DNA of 57,611 nucleotides from assembly GCA_046712825.1 (NCBI GenBank), contig JBKKCR010000172.1, positions 1 through 57,611 on the forward strand, given 5' to 3'. The translations under genes and the position numbers were made by a program. A model generated the notes under the pieces. The model saw nothing but the letters and a program-made list of their open reading frames with translations, did not search any database and was not told the origin of the DNA. Shown here in pieces: positions 11,042 to 21,235 of the stretch (positions within the stretch are counted from its first letter, which is position 1; the number at the start of each line of letters is the position of its first letter). The DNA comes from Actinomycetota bacterium. Lineage in GTDB: Bacteria > Actinomycetota > AC-67.

Positions 11042-13468
11042 TTACTCAGAGCGGAGGATCGCGGCGACGGGTGTTCGGCCGGCGAGGCGGGCGGGAAGCA
11101 CTGCGGCGAGGTTGGCCATGACCAGGAGTGCGACGACTAGCGCGGCCAGGACGAAGCCCGGAACGGCCGGCTGGCTCAGCACGGGGAGGCGTTCGGCGAA
11201 CAGGGACCAGAGCCACCGGCCCAGGATGACCCCCGCGGGCACACCGGCAGCAACGCCGACGGCCACGATTATCGAGGACTGCCACACAACGGAAGAGGAC
11301 ACTTCCCTGCGCGTGAAGCCGAGCGCTTTCAGAACGGCAAGATCGCGTCGGCGCCGGTTCACGCCAGAGGCGAGGGTCAACCCAAGCGAAACAACCGCCG
11401 CCAGAACGAGGACCCCTGACAGCAGCGCCGGGGTGAAGCCCATCGAGCTGAAGTTGACGATCTCGGCCGGCCGCTGCACGGGAAGAGGCTCGGCCGAGCC
11501 GGGGAACACGCCGATCTCCCCGATGTGCGGCGACAGCCGCTCGGTGACGGCGTCCCGGTCGGCGCCGGATGCGAACCGGATGAACAGCGCCTTGGGATCG
11601 GGACTGATCGCGTCCCAGTCCGGGATCCGATCGAACGCAAGCATCGCACCTTCACCGAGAGAGGTATAGCCGCCGAGCACAGGACCCACCGTCGGGAACA
11701 CGGCGGTGCCGACGATGCGCAGCCGCTGCGAGCCTTCGCTCCCTCCGAGCACCACGGCGTCGCCGATCTGCTTTCCGAGATCTGCCATCGTGGTAGCTCC
11801 GAGCACCACTTCATCGGGCCGTTCGACCGCCCGGCCCGACAGCAACGGAGGGATCACGGCCGCGCCCGGCTCGATGCCGATCGCCGGGGTGCTGCGACCT
11901 TCGAGATCTATCGACTGGAAGAACACCGCCGACCAGGCCGCGACGCCGGGTTCGCGGTCGAGGAGGTCCCGTGTCTTTGCGATGTCGATCGAGCCGTAGC
12001 CGGCCTCGTCGAGCACGGTCAGGTTCCAATCCCATCCGTAAAGACGGGGTTCGTCGACGAGGGACCGAAGGCTCGATCCGAACACCAGCGAGGCCACGAG
12101 GGCGATGACGCCCACTACCGCGCCACCAAGGGCGGCACGCACCGGCACCGAAGTCCGGCCCCCACCCGGCTCGAGAGCTAGGCGCATGCCGGCGACCGCG
12201 GGCAGGGGCAGCCCCGCGGCGGCGACCGCCCCGACGATGGACGAACGGCGTTCAAGGCCCCAGCGAGCTCGTGTCTGCTCGCGGTGGGGCGCCTGACGGA
12301 TCGCGGCGAATAGGGCGACCGCTCCAAGGGCGACGGCGAGTCCGACAGCTCCCAGGAGCAGCACGCTCAGATCGATGGCCAGGCCGGGATCAGCCTCGAC
12401 CCTGCGTAGCGGACCGATCGGCGCCAGGGGTGAGAGAACTACGGCCACGACGAGAGCCCCGACGATGCCGGAGACGATAGACACGGCGGCTCCGGGGAGG
12501 GCTACTCCCGTCGTCAGGCGGGGTCCGGCGCCGATGGCCCGGAGCGATGAGAGGTCGTCTCCCGCAGCCCGCAACAGGCGCACCAGCGCCTGTCCCACGA
12601 GAACGAAGGTTGCGACCGCAGCGACCGCGCCGAAAACCCCGAGCGCGACCGCCAAAGGCCGCACGGCCTCCTGCGTCCGCGCGATCACCTTCGATGCTTC
12701 ACGGAAAGAGGCGGGAGCTCCTTCAGGAAGTGCGGCGAGGTAGTCACGTTTGAATCGTTCGACTCCCGCGGCGCCCCGCTCGAGACGCACCCCGGTCCAG
12801 GCGTAGGTCGCGTGGCGCATTACACGGTCAGTGAACGCCGGCGTGAAGAGCATGCGTGGGAGGCGATCGGTGTCGTCCTGCACGACCTCATCCGGGAAGA
12901 CCCCGATACCGACGACCGTGACGGTGACCCGGTCGGCGGGAGGCGGCGGCGACTCCGAGTACACGCTCTCCTCGTCCGCAGGGTCGTATACGCCGATCTC
13001 GATCCTTCGGCCGAGACGCACGTCGTTCAAGCGGGCGAAGTGCTCGTTCACCGCCACCTCGTCGTGCCGTGCAGGGTCGGGCATCCGACCGCGGGTGACC
13101 GTGAACCGGTCGTGGGTGAAATAGAGCCCGTCGACGCTCCCGGCCGCCTCGATGCCGAACGACAGGTCGGGCCGGCCGTCCGACGTGAGCGGACCAGCCA
13201 GGAAAGCGGCGTAGGTGGCGGTGTCGGTCACGCCCGGCATCTGGCCCGCGGTCTCGGGGAACTCGACCTCGTACCCGCCTGCGTTCACCTGGACGTCCAG
13301 CGCCCCACCGGCCTCGCGGAATCGCGGATACGCGGAGGCGGTACGGCGTGCTCCCGCGAACGACGCGAGCGTAAGACCGCCCAAGAGCGCCAGCAGCACA
13401 GCCACCCCGAGGTAAGAACGGGCTCGCGCTCGGAGCGAGCTTCGGGACCAGTACCAGATGCCTTTCAT
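11042..13468 (-). CDS. ABC-transporter permease with duplicated FtsX domains (YbbP/MacB-like), no adjacent ATPase
   Basis: 808 aa. Each half has an N-terminal TM helix, a large extracytoplasmic region, then a TM bundle. FtsX-type signatures are LSSLRAIGAGPR and LAVLKALGFTRREV. Confidence 0.8.
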   Translation of the reverse strand: MKGIWYWSRSSLRARARSYLGVAVLLALLGGLTLASFAGARRTASAYPRFREAGGALDVQVNAGGYEVEFPETAGQMPGVTDTATYAAFLAGPLTSDGRPDLSFGIEAAGSVDGLYFTHDRFTVTRGRMPDPARHDEVAVNEHFARLNDVRLGRRIEIGVYDPADEESVYSESPPPPADRVTVTVVGIGVFPDEVVQDDTDRLPRMLFTPAFTDRVMRHATYAWTGVRLERGAAGVERFKRDYLAALPEGAPASFREASKVIARTQEAVRPLAVALGVFGAVAAVATFVLVGQALVRLLRAAGDDLSSLRAIGAGPRLTTGVALPGAAVSIVSGIVGALVVAVVLSPLAPIGPLRRVEADPGLAIDLSVLLLGAVGLAVALGAVALFAAIRQAPHREQTRARWGLERRSSIVGAVAAAGLPLPAVAGMRLALEPGGGRTSVPVRAALGGAVVGVIALVASLVFGSSLRSLVDEPRLYGWDWNLTVLDEAGYGSIDIAKTRDLLDREPGVAAWSAVFFQSIDLEGRSTPAIGIEPGAAVIPPLLSGRAVERPDEVVLGATTMADLGKQIGDAVVLGGSEGSQRLRIVGTAVFPTVGPVLGGYTSLGEGAMLAFDRIPDWDAISPDPKALFIRFASGADRDAVTERLSPHIGEIGVFPGSAEPLPVQRPAEIVNFSSMGFTPALLSGVLVLAAVVSLGLTLASGVNRRRRDLAVLKALGFTRREVSSSVVWQSSIIVAVGVAAGVPAGVILGRWLWSLFAERLPVLSQPAVPGFVLAALVVALLVMANLAAVLPARLAGRTPVAAILRSE

Positions 13469-13481
13469 CGACTAAGAGAAT

Positions 13482-14309
13482 CTAGGCCATCGGGCCGAGA
13501 GACAATGAGGTTGCCGTCACGCCTCTTGGAGGGTGAGATCTCCCTCGGTCCACTAGTCTGGGGTCGAAGGGCGATCGATAGCGGACGGATCGAAGGATCA
13601 GCCCCTTGGCAGGCGCGACGGGTCCGGCGGCCGCTCGATCCCGAGCAGCGAGCGCCTTCCGAGCGTCCGAGGAGGGCCGTCTGCCGCGACCCACGTCGAG
13701 CAGCAACCCGACCAACGATCGCACCAGCTGGTGGCAGAACGAGTCGGCGATCACACGGATCACCACACGCTCCGGCGCCGGCGTCGACATGGTTATCGAC
13801 CGGACTCGCCGAACGAGCGACCCTTCCCCCCGCCGGCAGAACGACGAGAAGTCGTGTTCGCCGACGAACGCTTTGGCGGCTGCGCGCATCGCGCGAAGGT
13901 CGAGCGGTTCGGGGACGTGTACCGCAAAGCGGTCGAGGAACGGGTCGGGTGCCTTCGACCGGTACAGGTGGTACTCGTACTCGCGCCGTTTCGCGCTGAA
14001 CCGCGCGTCGAAGGTGTCGGGAACCGCCGCGGCGCCGCGGATAGACACTTCGGGCCCCAGCCGCTTGTTCAGCCGGGAAGCGACCCACATGGGATCGGTT
14101 CCGTCGGGAGCTTCGAATGAGACGACCTGCCCGGCGGCATGCACCCCGGCGTCCGTCCGACCCGCGCCGGTCGTCCGAACGGACACCCGCAGCAACTGAG
14201 ACAGACAGTCCTCGAGTAAGCCTTGAACCGTGCGCCGTGTCGGCTGGCGAGCGAAGCCGTGGAAGTTGGTGCCGTCGTACGCGACGAGGAGCGCGAGCTT
14301 CGCGGCTAT
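13482..14309 (-). CDS. truA: tRNA pseudouridine(38-40) synthase TruA (start codon unresolved)
   Basis: Track ORF 13482..14195 begins at a TTG. The same frame upstream encodes the conserved TruA N-terminus [35 protein letters not shown]. Catalytic GRTDAGVHA is present. The upper coordinate is the ATA codon overlapping the rplQ stop. Confidence 0.85.
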   Translation of the reverse strand: MAAKLALLVAYDGTNFHGFARQPTRRTVQGLLEDCLSQLLRVSVRTTGAGRTDAGVHAAGQVVSFEAPDGTDPMWVASRLNKRLGPEVSIRGAAAVPDTFDARFSAKRREYEYHLYRSKAPDPFLDRFAVHVPEPLDLRAMRAAAKAFVGEHDFSSFCRRGEGSLVRRVRSITMSTPAPERVVIRVIADSFCHQLVRSLVGLLLDVGRGRRPSSDARKALAARDRAAAGPVAPAKGLILRSVRYRSPFDPRLVDRGRSHPPRGVTATSLSLGPMA

Positions 14310-14674
14310 TCCTCTTCGGCTTCGCCGACGAACTCGATCAGAGCCATCGGCGCGGCGTCGCCCTTACGTGGACCAAGCTTCACGATCCGCGTGTAGCCGC
14401 CGCTGCGATCGGCGAAAGTCGGCGCGATCTCGGCGAACAGCTTGTGGACGAGCTCGCGATCGCGCACCGTCTTGAGGACGATGCGCCGGGCCGCAAGGTC
14501 CCCGCGCTTCGCGAAAGTCACCATGCGCTCGGCGAGCGGACGCAGCGCTTTCGCCCGAGCCTCGGTGGTCTTGATCTTTCCTTCGCGGATCAACGCCTCG
14601 GTCAGGCCCGAAAGCAGCAGCTTCTGATGCGCCGGGCCCGAGCCCAGACGCGCGCCTTTCCTCGGCTTCGGCAT
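14306..14674 (-). CDS. rplQ: 50S ribosomal protein L17
   Basis: 122 aa, [18 protein letters not shown]. Confidence 0.95.
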   Translation of the reverse strand: MPKPRKGARLGSGPAHQKLLLSGLTEALIREGKIKTTEARAKALRPLAERMVTFAKRGDLAARRIVLKTVRDRELVHKLFAEIAPTFADRSGGYTRIVKLGPRKGDAAPMALIEFVGEAEEE

Positions 14675-14693
14675 CTCTCTCGGCTCCCTCGGC

Positions 14694-15632
14694 CTAGCTC
14701 TCGCGGAGGCTCATGCCCATCTCCGCGAGCTTGGCCTTCACCTCATCGATCGACTTCTGGCCGAAGTTGCGGATGTCGAGCAGGTCCTGCTCGGTGCGCT
14801 GAACCAGGTCGCCGACGGTGCCGACGCCCTCGCGTTTCAAGCAGTTGTACGAACGAACCGAGAAGTCCAGCTCCTCGATCGGCAGCGCCAGCGTCGACGC
14901 CTGCGCCATGTCGTCCGGCGCCGGGCCAAGCGTCAGCGCCTGCGCGTCCTCCGACTGCTGCGCGACGAGACCGAGCAGCTCGACGAGGGTGCGTCCGGCA
15001 GCCGCGAAGGCTTCCTTCGGCGTGATCGCCCCGTTGGTCTCGATGTCGAGGATGAGCTTGTCGTAGTTCGTCATCTGCTCGACGCGCGTCGCCTCGACCG
15101 CGTAGGAAACCCGCCGCACCGGCGAGAAGATCGAGTCGATGGGCACGACGCCTATCGTGTCGCGGCCCTTCTTGTTCCGCTCTGCCGAGACGTACCCGCG
15201 ACCGCGTTCGACGACCAACTCGATGTCGAGGCGGCTCTTCTTATTGATCGTCGCGATGTGCTGATCGGTGTTCAGAACCTCGACGCCGGTCGGGACGGTG
15301 ATGTCTCCGGCGACGACGTCCTTCGGCCCCTGCACCCGCAGGTGGATCGCGACGGGCTCGTCGGAATCGCTGCGAAGGACGAGCTCCTTGAGATTCAGGA
15401 TGACGTCGGTGACGTCCTCTTTCACTCCCTGGATCGTCGAGAACTCGTGGAGCACCGACTCGATCCGGATCTGCGTAACCGCAGCGCCGGGGATCGAGGA
15501 CAGCAGCGTTCGGCGCAGCGAGTTTCCGAGCGTGTAGCCGAAGCCCGGCTCGAGCGGCTCGATGATGAACTTGGTCCGGTTCTCGCTCGAGGTCGTTTCC
15601 TCGATGATCTGGGGCCTTTGGACGATAAGCAA
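14694..15632 (-). CDS. rpoA: DNA-directed RNA polymerase subunit alpha
   Basis: 312 aa with N-terminal assembly domain and C-terminal domain ([13 protein letters not shown]). Confidence 0.97.
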   Translation of the reverse strand: MLIVQRPQIIEETTSSENRTKFIIEPLEPGFGYTLGNSLRRTLLSSIPGAAVTQIRIESVLHEFSTIQGVKEDVTDVILNLKELVLRSDSDEPVAIHLRVQGPKDVVAGDITVPTGVEVLNTDQHIATINKKSRLDIELVVERGRGYVSAERNKKGRDTIGVVPIDSIFSPVRRVSYAVEATRVEQMTNYDKLILDIETNGAITPKEAFAAAGRTLVELLGLVAQQSEDAQALTLGPAPDDMAQASTLALPIEELDFSVRSYNCLKREGVGTVGDLVQRTEQDLLDIRNFGQKSIDEVKAKLAEMGMSLRES

Positions 15633-15654
15633 GGGTGGAGCCTCCTTTACGGTC

Positions 15655-16281
15655 TTACTTCGAGTAGAGCTCGACGATCGCCGATTCCTGCACCGGGATG
15701 TCGACGTCGGCGCGGCTCGGAAGCGATCGGACGGTCGCCTTGACGGTGTCGCGGTCCACTTCCAGCCACGAGGCCGGCGACCGGTTCTCGTTCACGGCGA
15801 TCGAGTGCAGCACCGGCTGCAAGCGGCGGCTCTTTTCGGCCACTTGGATGGTGTCGCCGACGCGGACGCGCGCCGACGGGATCGAAAGGCGCTTTCCGTT
15901 CACCTCGACGTGGCCGTGCCGCACGATCTGGCGAGCTTGATCGCGCGAAAGTGCGAAGCCGGCCCGGAAGACGACGTTGTCGAGTCGTGTTTCCAGCAGC
16001 CTGAGCAAATTCTCGCCGGTGACGCCCTTCATCTTCGCGGCCTCGCTGTAGTAGTTGCGGAACTGCCGCTCGAGCACCCCGTAGATGCGGCGCGCCTTCT
16101 GCTTCTCGCGCAACTGCATCAGGTACTCGGTTTCCTTCGTCCGCGAACGGCCGTGCTCGCCCGGTGGGAAAGGCCGCTTCTCGATCGGGCACTTCGGTGT
16201 CTCGCACTTGGTGCCCTTGAGGAACAGCTTGATCTTCTCGCGGCGGCAGAGTTTGCAGTCAGCGTCCGTATATCGCGCCAC
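15655..16281 (-). CDS. rpsD: 30S ribosomal protein S4 (Cys4 zinc-finger form)
   Basis: 208 aa, [31 protein letters not shown], with Cys at positions 9, 12, 26 and 31. Confidence 0.95.
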   Translation of the reverse strand: MARYTDADCKLCRREKIKLFLKGTKCETPKCPIEKRPFPPGEHGRSRTKETEYLMQLREKQKARRIYGVLERQFRNYYSEAAKMKGVTGENLLRLLETRLDNVVFRAGFALSRDQARQIVRHGHVEVNGKRLSIPSARVRVGDTIQVAEKSRRLQPVLHSIAVNENRSPASWLEVDRDTVKATVRSLPSRADVDIPVQESAIVELYSK

Positions 16282-16668
16282 TTACACCCTCCTCCGGCGC
16301 GGGGGCCGGCAGCCGTTGTGCGGCACCGGCGTCACGTCCGCGATCTGGTTTATCTCGAGCCCGGTTGCGGCGAGCGAGCGGATCGCCGTCTCACGCCCGG
16401 AACCGGGGCCCTTCACGAAGACGTCGACGCGCTTGACGCCGTGCTCCATCGCGCGCTTCGCGGCCGCTTCCGCGGCCAGCTGCGCAGCGAACGGAGTCGA
16501 CTTGCGCGACCCTTTGAAGCCCACGTTGCCGCTCGAAGCCCAGGAGATCGTGTTCCCCATGGGGTCGGTGATCGTGACGATGGTGTTGTTGAACGTGGAC
16601 TGGATGTGCGCGTGCGCGCTGGGGATGTTCTTCTTTTCCCTGCGCTTCGGCTTCTTCGGCTTCGCCAC
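16282..16668 (-). CDS. rpsK: 30S ribosomal protein S11
   Basis: 128 aa containing [17 protein letters not shown]. Confidence 0.95.
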   Translation of the reverse strand: MAKPKKPKRREKKNIPSAHAHIQSTFNNTIVTITDPMGNTISWASSGNVGFKGSRKSTPFAAQLAAEAAAKRAMEHGVKRVDVFVKGPGSGRETAIRSLAATGLEINQIADVTPVPHNGCRPPRRRRV

Positions 16669-16683
16669 TCGACCTCCGTCTGG

Positions 16684-17067
16684 TTACTTCTTCGCTCGGA
16701 CCTTCTTGGAGCCGGCCACGGTCTTCTTGGGACCCTTCCGGGTCCGCGCGTTCGTGTGCGTCCGCTGACCGCGAACCGGGAGGCCTCGGCGATGACGGAT
16801 CCCCTGGTAGCAGCCGATCTCGATCTTGCGCTTGATGTTCTGCGATACCTCGCGCCGGAGGTCACCTTCGATCTTGTAGTTCGCGTCGATCCACTCGCGG
16901 AGCCGAACGATCTCGTCGTCGGCCAGGTCGCGCACCCGGGTCGACGGGCTTACCTGAGTCGCCTCGAGCGTCTTGCGTGCGAGCGTGGAACCGACGCCGA
17001 AGATGTACGTCAGACCGACCTCGACGCGCTTGTCGCGCGGGAGGTCGACACCTGCGATACGGGCCAT
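16684..17067 (-). CDS. rpsM: 30S ribosomal protein S13
   Basis: 127 aa, [24 protein letters not shown]. Confidence 0.95.
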   Translation of the reverse strand: MARIAGVDLPRDKRVEVGLTYIFGVGSTLARKTLEATQVSPSTRVRDLADDEIVRLREWIDANYKIEGDLRREVSQNIKRKIEIGCYQGIRHRRGLPVRGQRTHTNARTRKGPKKTVAGSKKVRAKK

Positions 17068-17071
17068 CCGC

Positions 17072-17185
17072 CTACCCCTGCCTCTGCTTGTGCCTCGGAT
17101 TCGTGCAGATCACGAGCACCACTCGGCCGCGCCGAACGATCTTGCATTTTTCACACATCTTGCGCACGCTCGGGCGAACCTTCAC
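17072..17185 (-). CDS. rpmJ: 50S ribosomal protein L36 (Zn-binding C+ form)
   Basis: Absent from the ORF track because it is shorter than 60 aa. Hand translation from the GTG at 17185 gives [37 protein letters not shown] then TAG. Confidence 0.9.
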   Translation of the reverse strand: MKVRPSVRKMCEKCKIVRRGRVVLVICTNPRHKQRQG

Positions 17186-17264
17186 TCCACTCTCCCCACC
17201 ACAATTGCCCGGTCCGGTTCACGGGCGCGCTCGACCGACAGACGGGCTCTGGAACCAAACGCGC

Positions 17265-17293
17265 AGTATAGCAGGGGTATGCCCGGGCTCCAA
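17265..17293 (-). promoter_or_regulatory. sigma-70-like promoter for the rpmJ-rpsM-rpsK-rpsD-rpoA-rplQ operon
   Basis: Minus strand reads TTGGAG-17 nt-TATACT in the 127-nt map/rpmJ spacer. Confidence 0.5.
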
Positions 17294-17312
17294 TCGGCGC
17301 ATCGGGTCGGCC

Positions 17313-18077
17313 TCACGCTGCGATCCTTCCGTCGGGGTCGGTGAGCACCCATGGACCGTCCGCGGTTACGGCCACCGTGTGCTCGAAGTGCGCCGACAGC
17401 GACCCGTCTTGGGTGACGACCGTCCAGCCGTCGGGAAGCAGTCGCGTAGCGTACTCGCCCACGTTGACCATGGGCTCGATGGCCACCACCAGGCCTTCGG
17501 TGAGCTTGTACCCCTTCCCTGGGGTGCCGTAGTTGGGAACCGGAGGCTCTTCGTGCAGCGAACGGCCGACCCCGTGTCCGACGTATTCGCGAACCACCGA
17601 GAAGCCGGCCCCCTCGGCGATGGTCTGGACCGCCGCGCCGATGTCCCCGAGCCGCCTGGCCGGCCGCGCCTCGGCCAAGCCGGCCCAGAGGGCCCGCTCG
17701 GTCGCCTCGATCAGCTTCGAAGCCTCCGGAGACGGCTCCCCCACCGGGATCGTGACCGCCGAGTCGGCGTGGAAACCGTCGACGACGGCGCCGACGTCGA
17801 GCTTCACGAGGTCGCCCTCCTTCAGCACGCGTGTGCCGGGGATGCCGTGCACGATCTCGTCGTTCACCGAGGTGCAGATCGTGGCCGGGAACCCCCGATA
17901 ACCGAGGAACGACGGCTTGGCGCCCCGACCCTCGATCACTCTCGCGGCGACGGCGTCCAAGTCCGCCGTGGTCATCCCCGGGCGGATGGCGTCTCGCGTT
18001 GCCGCGATCGCGGCGGCGACGACCTCACCGGCCCGGCGCATCGTGGAGATCTCGGCCGGGCTCTTGATGATGATCAC
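17313..18077 (-). CDS. map: type I methionine aminopeptidase
   Basis: 254 aa with the metal-ligand context VCHGIPG-like (EIVHGIPG) and HEEP. The ATG overlaps the adk stop. Confidence 0.93.
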   Translation of the reverse strand: MIIIKSPAEISTMRRAGEVVAAAIAATRDAIRPGMTTADLDAVAARVIEGRGAKPSFLGYRGFPATICTSVNDEIVHGIPGTRVLKEGDLVKLDVGAVVDGFHADSAVTIPVGEPSPEASKLIEATERALWAGLAEARPARRLGDIGAAVQTIAEGAGFSVVREYVGHGVGRSLHEEPPVPNYGTPGKGYKLTEGLVVAIEPMVNVGEYATRLLPDGWTVVTQDGSLSAHFEHTVAVTADGPWVLTDPDGRIAA

Positions 18078-18736
18078 GAGCTCCTCCCGGCCATGTCATC
18101 CAACTCGCCGACCATGCGCTCGAGGACCTCATCCTTGGAGCCTGCGCCTTGAACCGTTCTCAGGATACCGCGGTCTTCGTAGTACTTGATCAATGGATGG
18201 GTTTGCCGCTTGAAAACGCCGAGACGTTGCAGGATCACCTCGGGCCGGTCGTCATCTCGGGTCATCAGCGGCGAGCCGTCCCGGTCGCACTTCATCTCGT
18301 CCTTCGGCGGGCTCGCGTGAAGGTTGTACGTTCGGCCGCAGGTCGGACAGGACGCCCGAGCCGAGAGCCGGAGGACTATCAGCTCGTCTGGGACTTCGAG
18401 GTAAAGCACGCCGTCGATCTTGTGCCCGATCTCGGCAAGGATGTCGTCGAGGGACTCCGCCTGCGGAAGCGTCCGCGGGAAGCCGTCCATGACGAACCCT
18501 GCGCGTGCGTCCGCCTGAGCGAGACGGATCTTCAGAAGCTCCAGCACGAGATCGTCGGGAACCAGTTCACCTTCATCCATGTACGACTTCGCCCGCTGCC
18601 CGATGTCGGTCTGCCACGCCACGACGAAGCGGAGGATGTCTCCGGTCGACACGTGCGGCACTTCGAAGCGCTCCGCCAGCTGGACCGCTTGGGTGCCCTT
18701 TCCTGCCCCGGGAGGGCCGAGGAGAACGATCCGCAC
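18074..18736 (-). CDS. adk: adenylate kinase (long lid, Cys3-Asp)
   Basis: 220 aa with P-loop GPPGAGKGTQ and lid CPTCGRTY...CDRDG. Confidence 0.95.
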   Translation of the reverse strand: MRIVLLGPPGAGKGTQAVQLAERFEVPHVSTGDILRFVVAWQTDIGQRAKSYMDEGELVPDDLVLELLKIRLAQADARAGFVMDGFPRTLPQAESLDDILAEIGHKIDGVLYLEVPDELIVLRLSARASCPTCGRTYNLHASPPKDEMKCDRDGSPLMTRDDDRPEVILQRLGVFKRQTHPLIKYYEDRGILRTVQGAGSKDEVLERMVGELDDMAGRSS

Positions 18737-18743
18737 CAGGCGC

Positions 18744-20039
18744 CTACTTGAGGAATCCCTCGTAATGCCGCATCAACAGCTGCGATTCCAGTTGCTTCAT
18801 AGTTTCCAAGCCGACGCCGACGACGATGAGCACCGCCGTCCCTCCGAACGGGAACGCACTGATGTCCCAGATGCCCTGCACGATGAAGGGCAAGACGGCG
18901 ATCGAGGCTAGGAAGAAGGACCCGGGCAGCGTGATACGCGTGAGGATGTGGTCGAGGTACTCGGCCGTCGGACGTCCGGGACGGATACCGGGGATGAACC
19001 CTCCGTACTTCTTCATGTTATCGGCAACGTCCACGGGGTTGAACGTGATCGCGGTGTAGAAGTACGTGAAGAAGATGATGAGCATGAAGTACGTGATGAT
19101 GTAGAGCGGGTGACTTCCCGTAGCGAGGTTGGTTTCGACCCATTGCTTGAAGCCCTCGTTCTGCACGATCGTCGCCGCCAAGACCGGCAGGTAAAGCAAC
19201 GACGACGCGAAGATGATCGGGATGACGCCGGCCTGGTTCACCTTGAGGGGGATGTAGGTCGAGGAGCCACCGTACAGCTTCCGTCCCACCACACGTTTCG
19301 CGTATTGAACCGGGATCCTTCGTTGTGCCTGTTCGACCAGCACGACCGCGACGACGATGCCGATCCCGAGCGCCGCGATCACCGCCGTCTTCACCCCGCC
19401 GGCCTGCGCGTAGATGGCGGCGCTCTCGGCCGGGAAGCGGGAGATGATGGACGAGAAGATCAGGATCGACATCCCGTTCCCGATACCGCGCTGGGTGATC
19501 AGCTCGCCGAGCCACATGATCATCGCCGTCCCGGCGGTGAGCGTCAGCACGACCAGGAACGTCTTGCCGGCGGTCAGGTCGGGGAAGAAGTCGCGGATCG
19601 GCTGGCCTCCCGCGCTGAAAAGCCGTCCTGAGTTCGCGGTGACGACGATGCCGAGCGACTGCAGCAGGGCCAGTACCACGGTCATGTAGCGCGTGTACTG
19701 CGTGATCTTCTTCTGCCCCTGCTCGCCCTCCTTGGCGTACGCCTCGAGCCGGGGGATCACGACGGTCAGCAGCTGCATGATGATCGAGGACGTGATGTAC
19801 GGCATGATCCCGAGCGCGAAGATCGCGAAGTTGGTGAGCGCGCCGCCCGAGAACAGGTTGATGAGGCCGTAGATTCCGCCCTGTGCCGCCTCGCGCTGGA
19901 CCTCCTCCACCTTGTTGAAGTCGATGCCCGGGAGCGGGATATGGGAGCCGAGGCGGTAGACCGCGATGATGGCCAGCGTGAACAGGATCTTCTTGCGAAG
20001 GTCCGGGATCTTGAAGGCGTTCCGGAAGGCACTGAGCAC
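18744..20039 (-). CDS. secY: preprotein translocase subunit SecY
   Basis: 431 aa polytopic protein with a GTG start sharing one nt with the rplO stop. Confidence 0.95.
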   Translation of the reverse strand: MLSAFRNAFKIPDLRKKILFTLAIIAVYRLGSHIPLPGIDFNKVEEVQREAAQGGIYGLINLFSGGALTNFAIFALGIMPYITSSIIMQLLTVVIPRLEAYAKEGEQGQKKITQYTRYMTVVLALLQSLGIVVTANSGRLFSAGGQPIRDFFPDLTAGKTFLVVLTLTAGTAMIMWLGELITQRGIGNGMSILIFSSIISRFPAESAAIYAQAGGVKTAVIAALGIGIVVAVVLVEQAQRRIPVQYAKRVVGRKLYGGSSTYIPLKVNQAGVIPIIFASSLLYLPVLAATIVQNEGFKQWVETNLATGSHPLYIITYFMLIIFFTYFYTAITFNPVDVADNMKKYGGFIPGIRPGRPTAEYLDHILTRITLPGSFFLASIAVLPFIVQGIWDISAFPFGGTAVLIVVGVGLETMKQLESQLLMRHYEGFLK

Positions 20040-20476
20040 TAGATGACCTCCGCCTGACCTCCGGCTTGCTCGATCTTCGCTCGAGCACTCGCCGAGAACG
20101 CATGTGCACGCACGGTCAACTGGGTCGAAAGCTCGCCGCGCCCCAATATCTTGACAGGCGCCCGGCGCTTACGCACGAGCCCGCGATCCGCCAGCGCAGC
20201 CGGGTCGACCACGGCACCAGTTTCGAAGGCGTTGAGCCGCTCCACGTTCACCGGGGAGAACTCCACGCGGTTCCGGTTGACGAAGCCGCCGAGCTTGGGG
20301 AGCCGGCGCTGCAAAGGCATCTGACCGCCCTCGAAGCCGCGCGGCAACGTGTTGCGGGCGTATGTTCCCTTAGAGCCGCGGCCCGAGGTCTTGCCCTTGC
20401 CGGACCCGGTCCCCCGGCCGACGCGCGTGCGCTTGCGATGCGCGCCCGGTGCCGGCTTCAGATGATGAAGCTTCAC
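20039..20476 (-). CDS. rplO: 50S ribosomal protein L15
   Basis: 145 aa, MKLHHLKPAPGAHRKRTRVGRG. Confidence 0.95.
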   Translation of the reverse strand: MKLHHLKPAPGAHRKRTRVGRGTGSGKGKTSGRGSKGTYARNTLPRGFEGGQMPLQRRLPKLGGFVNRNRVEFSPVNVERLNAFETGAVVDPAALADRGLVRKRRAPVKILGRGELSTQLTVRAHAFSASARAKIEQAGGQAEVI

Positions 20477-20480
20477 GTGC

Positions 20481-20660
20481 CTACGCCTCCTCGACCGTCA
20501 CGAGATGCAAAACCTTCTTGAGCATGCCTCGCACCTCGGGACGATCGTCGCGGACCACCGACTGTCGGATCTTCTTGAGCCCGAGCGAACGAACCGTGGC
20601 TCGCTGGTCCTGCGTGGTGCCCACGAGCCCGCGTACGAGCGTGATCTTCAATGCCGTCAC
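20481..20660 (-). CDS. rpmD: 50S ribosomal protein L30
   Basis: A GTG at 20660 overlapping the rpsE stop (GTGA) gives a 59-aa product, (M)[27 protein letters not shown]. Confidence 0.9.
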   Translation of the reverse strand: MTALKITLVRGLVGTTQDQRATVRSLGLKKIRQSVVRDDRPEVRGMLKKVLHLVTVEEA

Positions 20661-21223
20661 GACCCATCCCCGTCCTTGCCGAGGACGGCCTCGAGGAGTC
20701 GGCGGGGCGCAACGTGGTCGAGCGGCAGATCGCGGATGCGCGCGACGTCCTGCGGGCTGCGGAGCTCCTTCAACCCGGCGACAGCCGCGTGAACCATGTT
20801 GATCGGGTTCTCGCTGCCGAGCGACTTGGACAGCACATCCGCGATACCGGCGCACTCCATCACCGCGCGCACCGGCCCACCGGCGATGACCCCGGTACCC
20901 GGCGCCGCGGGCTTGAGGAGCACACGACCCGCTCCGGCGATCCCCATAACCTCGTGCGGAAGCGTCGTCCCCACCATCGGGACGGAGAACATGGAGCGCT
21001 TGGCGATGTCGACGCCCTTCTGGATCGCCAGAGGAACCTCTTTGGCCTTGCCGTAGCCGACGCCGACGCGGCCCGAACCATCACCGACCACCACGAGCGC
21101 GGTGAACGAGAACCGCCGGCCACCCTTGACCACCTTGGCCACACGGTTGATCGAAACCACTCGCTCCTCGAGCTGTGGCTTGCCGGCCTCCTCGGGCCCA
21201 CCAGATCTGCGTCGTTCGACCAC
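20657..21223 (-). CDS. rpsE: 30S ribosomal protein S5
   Basis: 188 aa containing [20 protein letters not shown]. Confidence 0.95.
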   Translation of the reverse strand: MVERRRSGGPEEAGKPQLEERVVSINRVAKVVKGGRRFSFTALVVVGDGSGRVGVGYGKAKEVPLAIQKGVDIAKRSMFSVPMVGTTLPHEVMGIAGAGRVLLKPAAPGTGVIAGGPVRAVMECAGIADVLSKSLGSENPINMVHAAVAGLKELRSPQDVARIRDLPLDHVAPRRLLEAVLGKDGDGS

Positions 21224-21235
21224 TCCATCGCCTCC

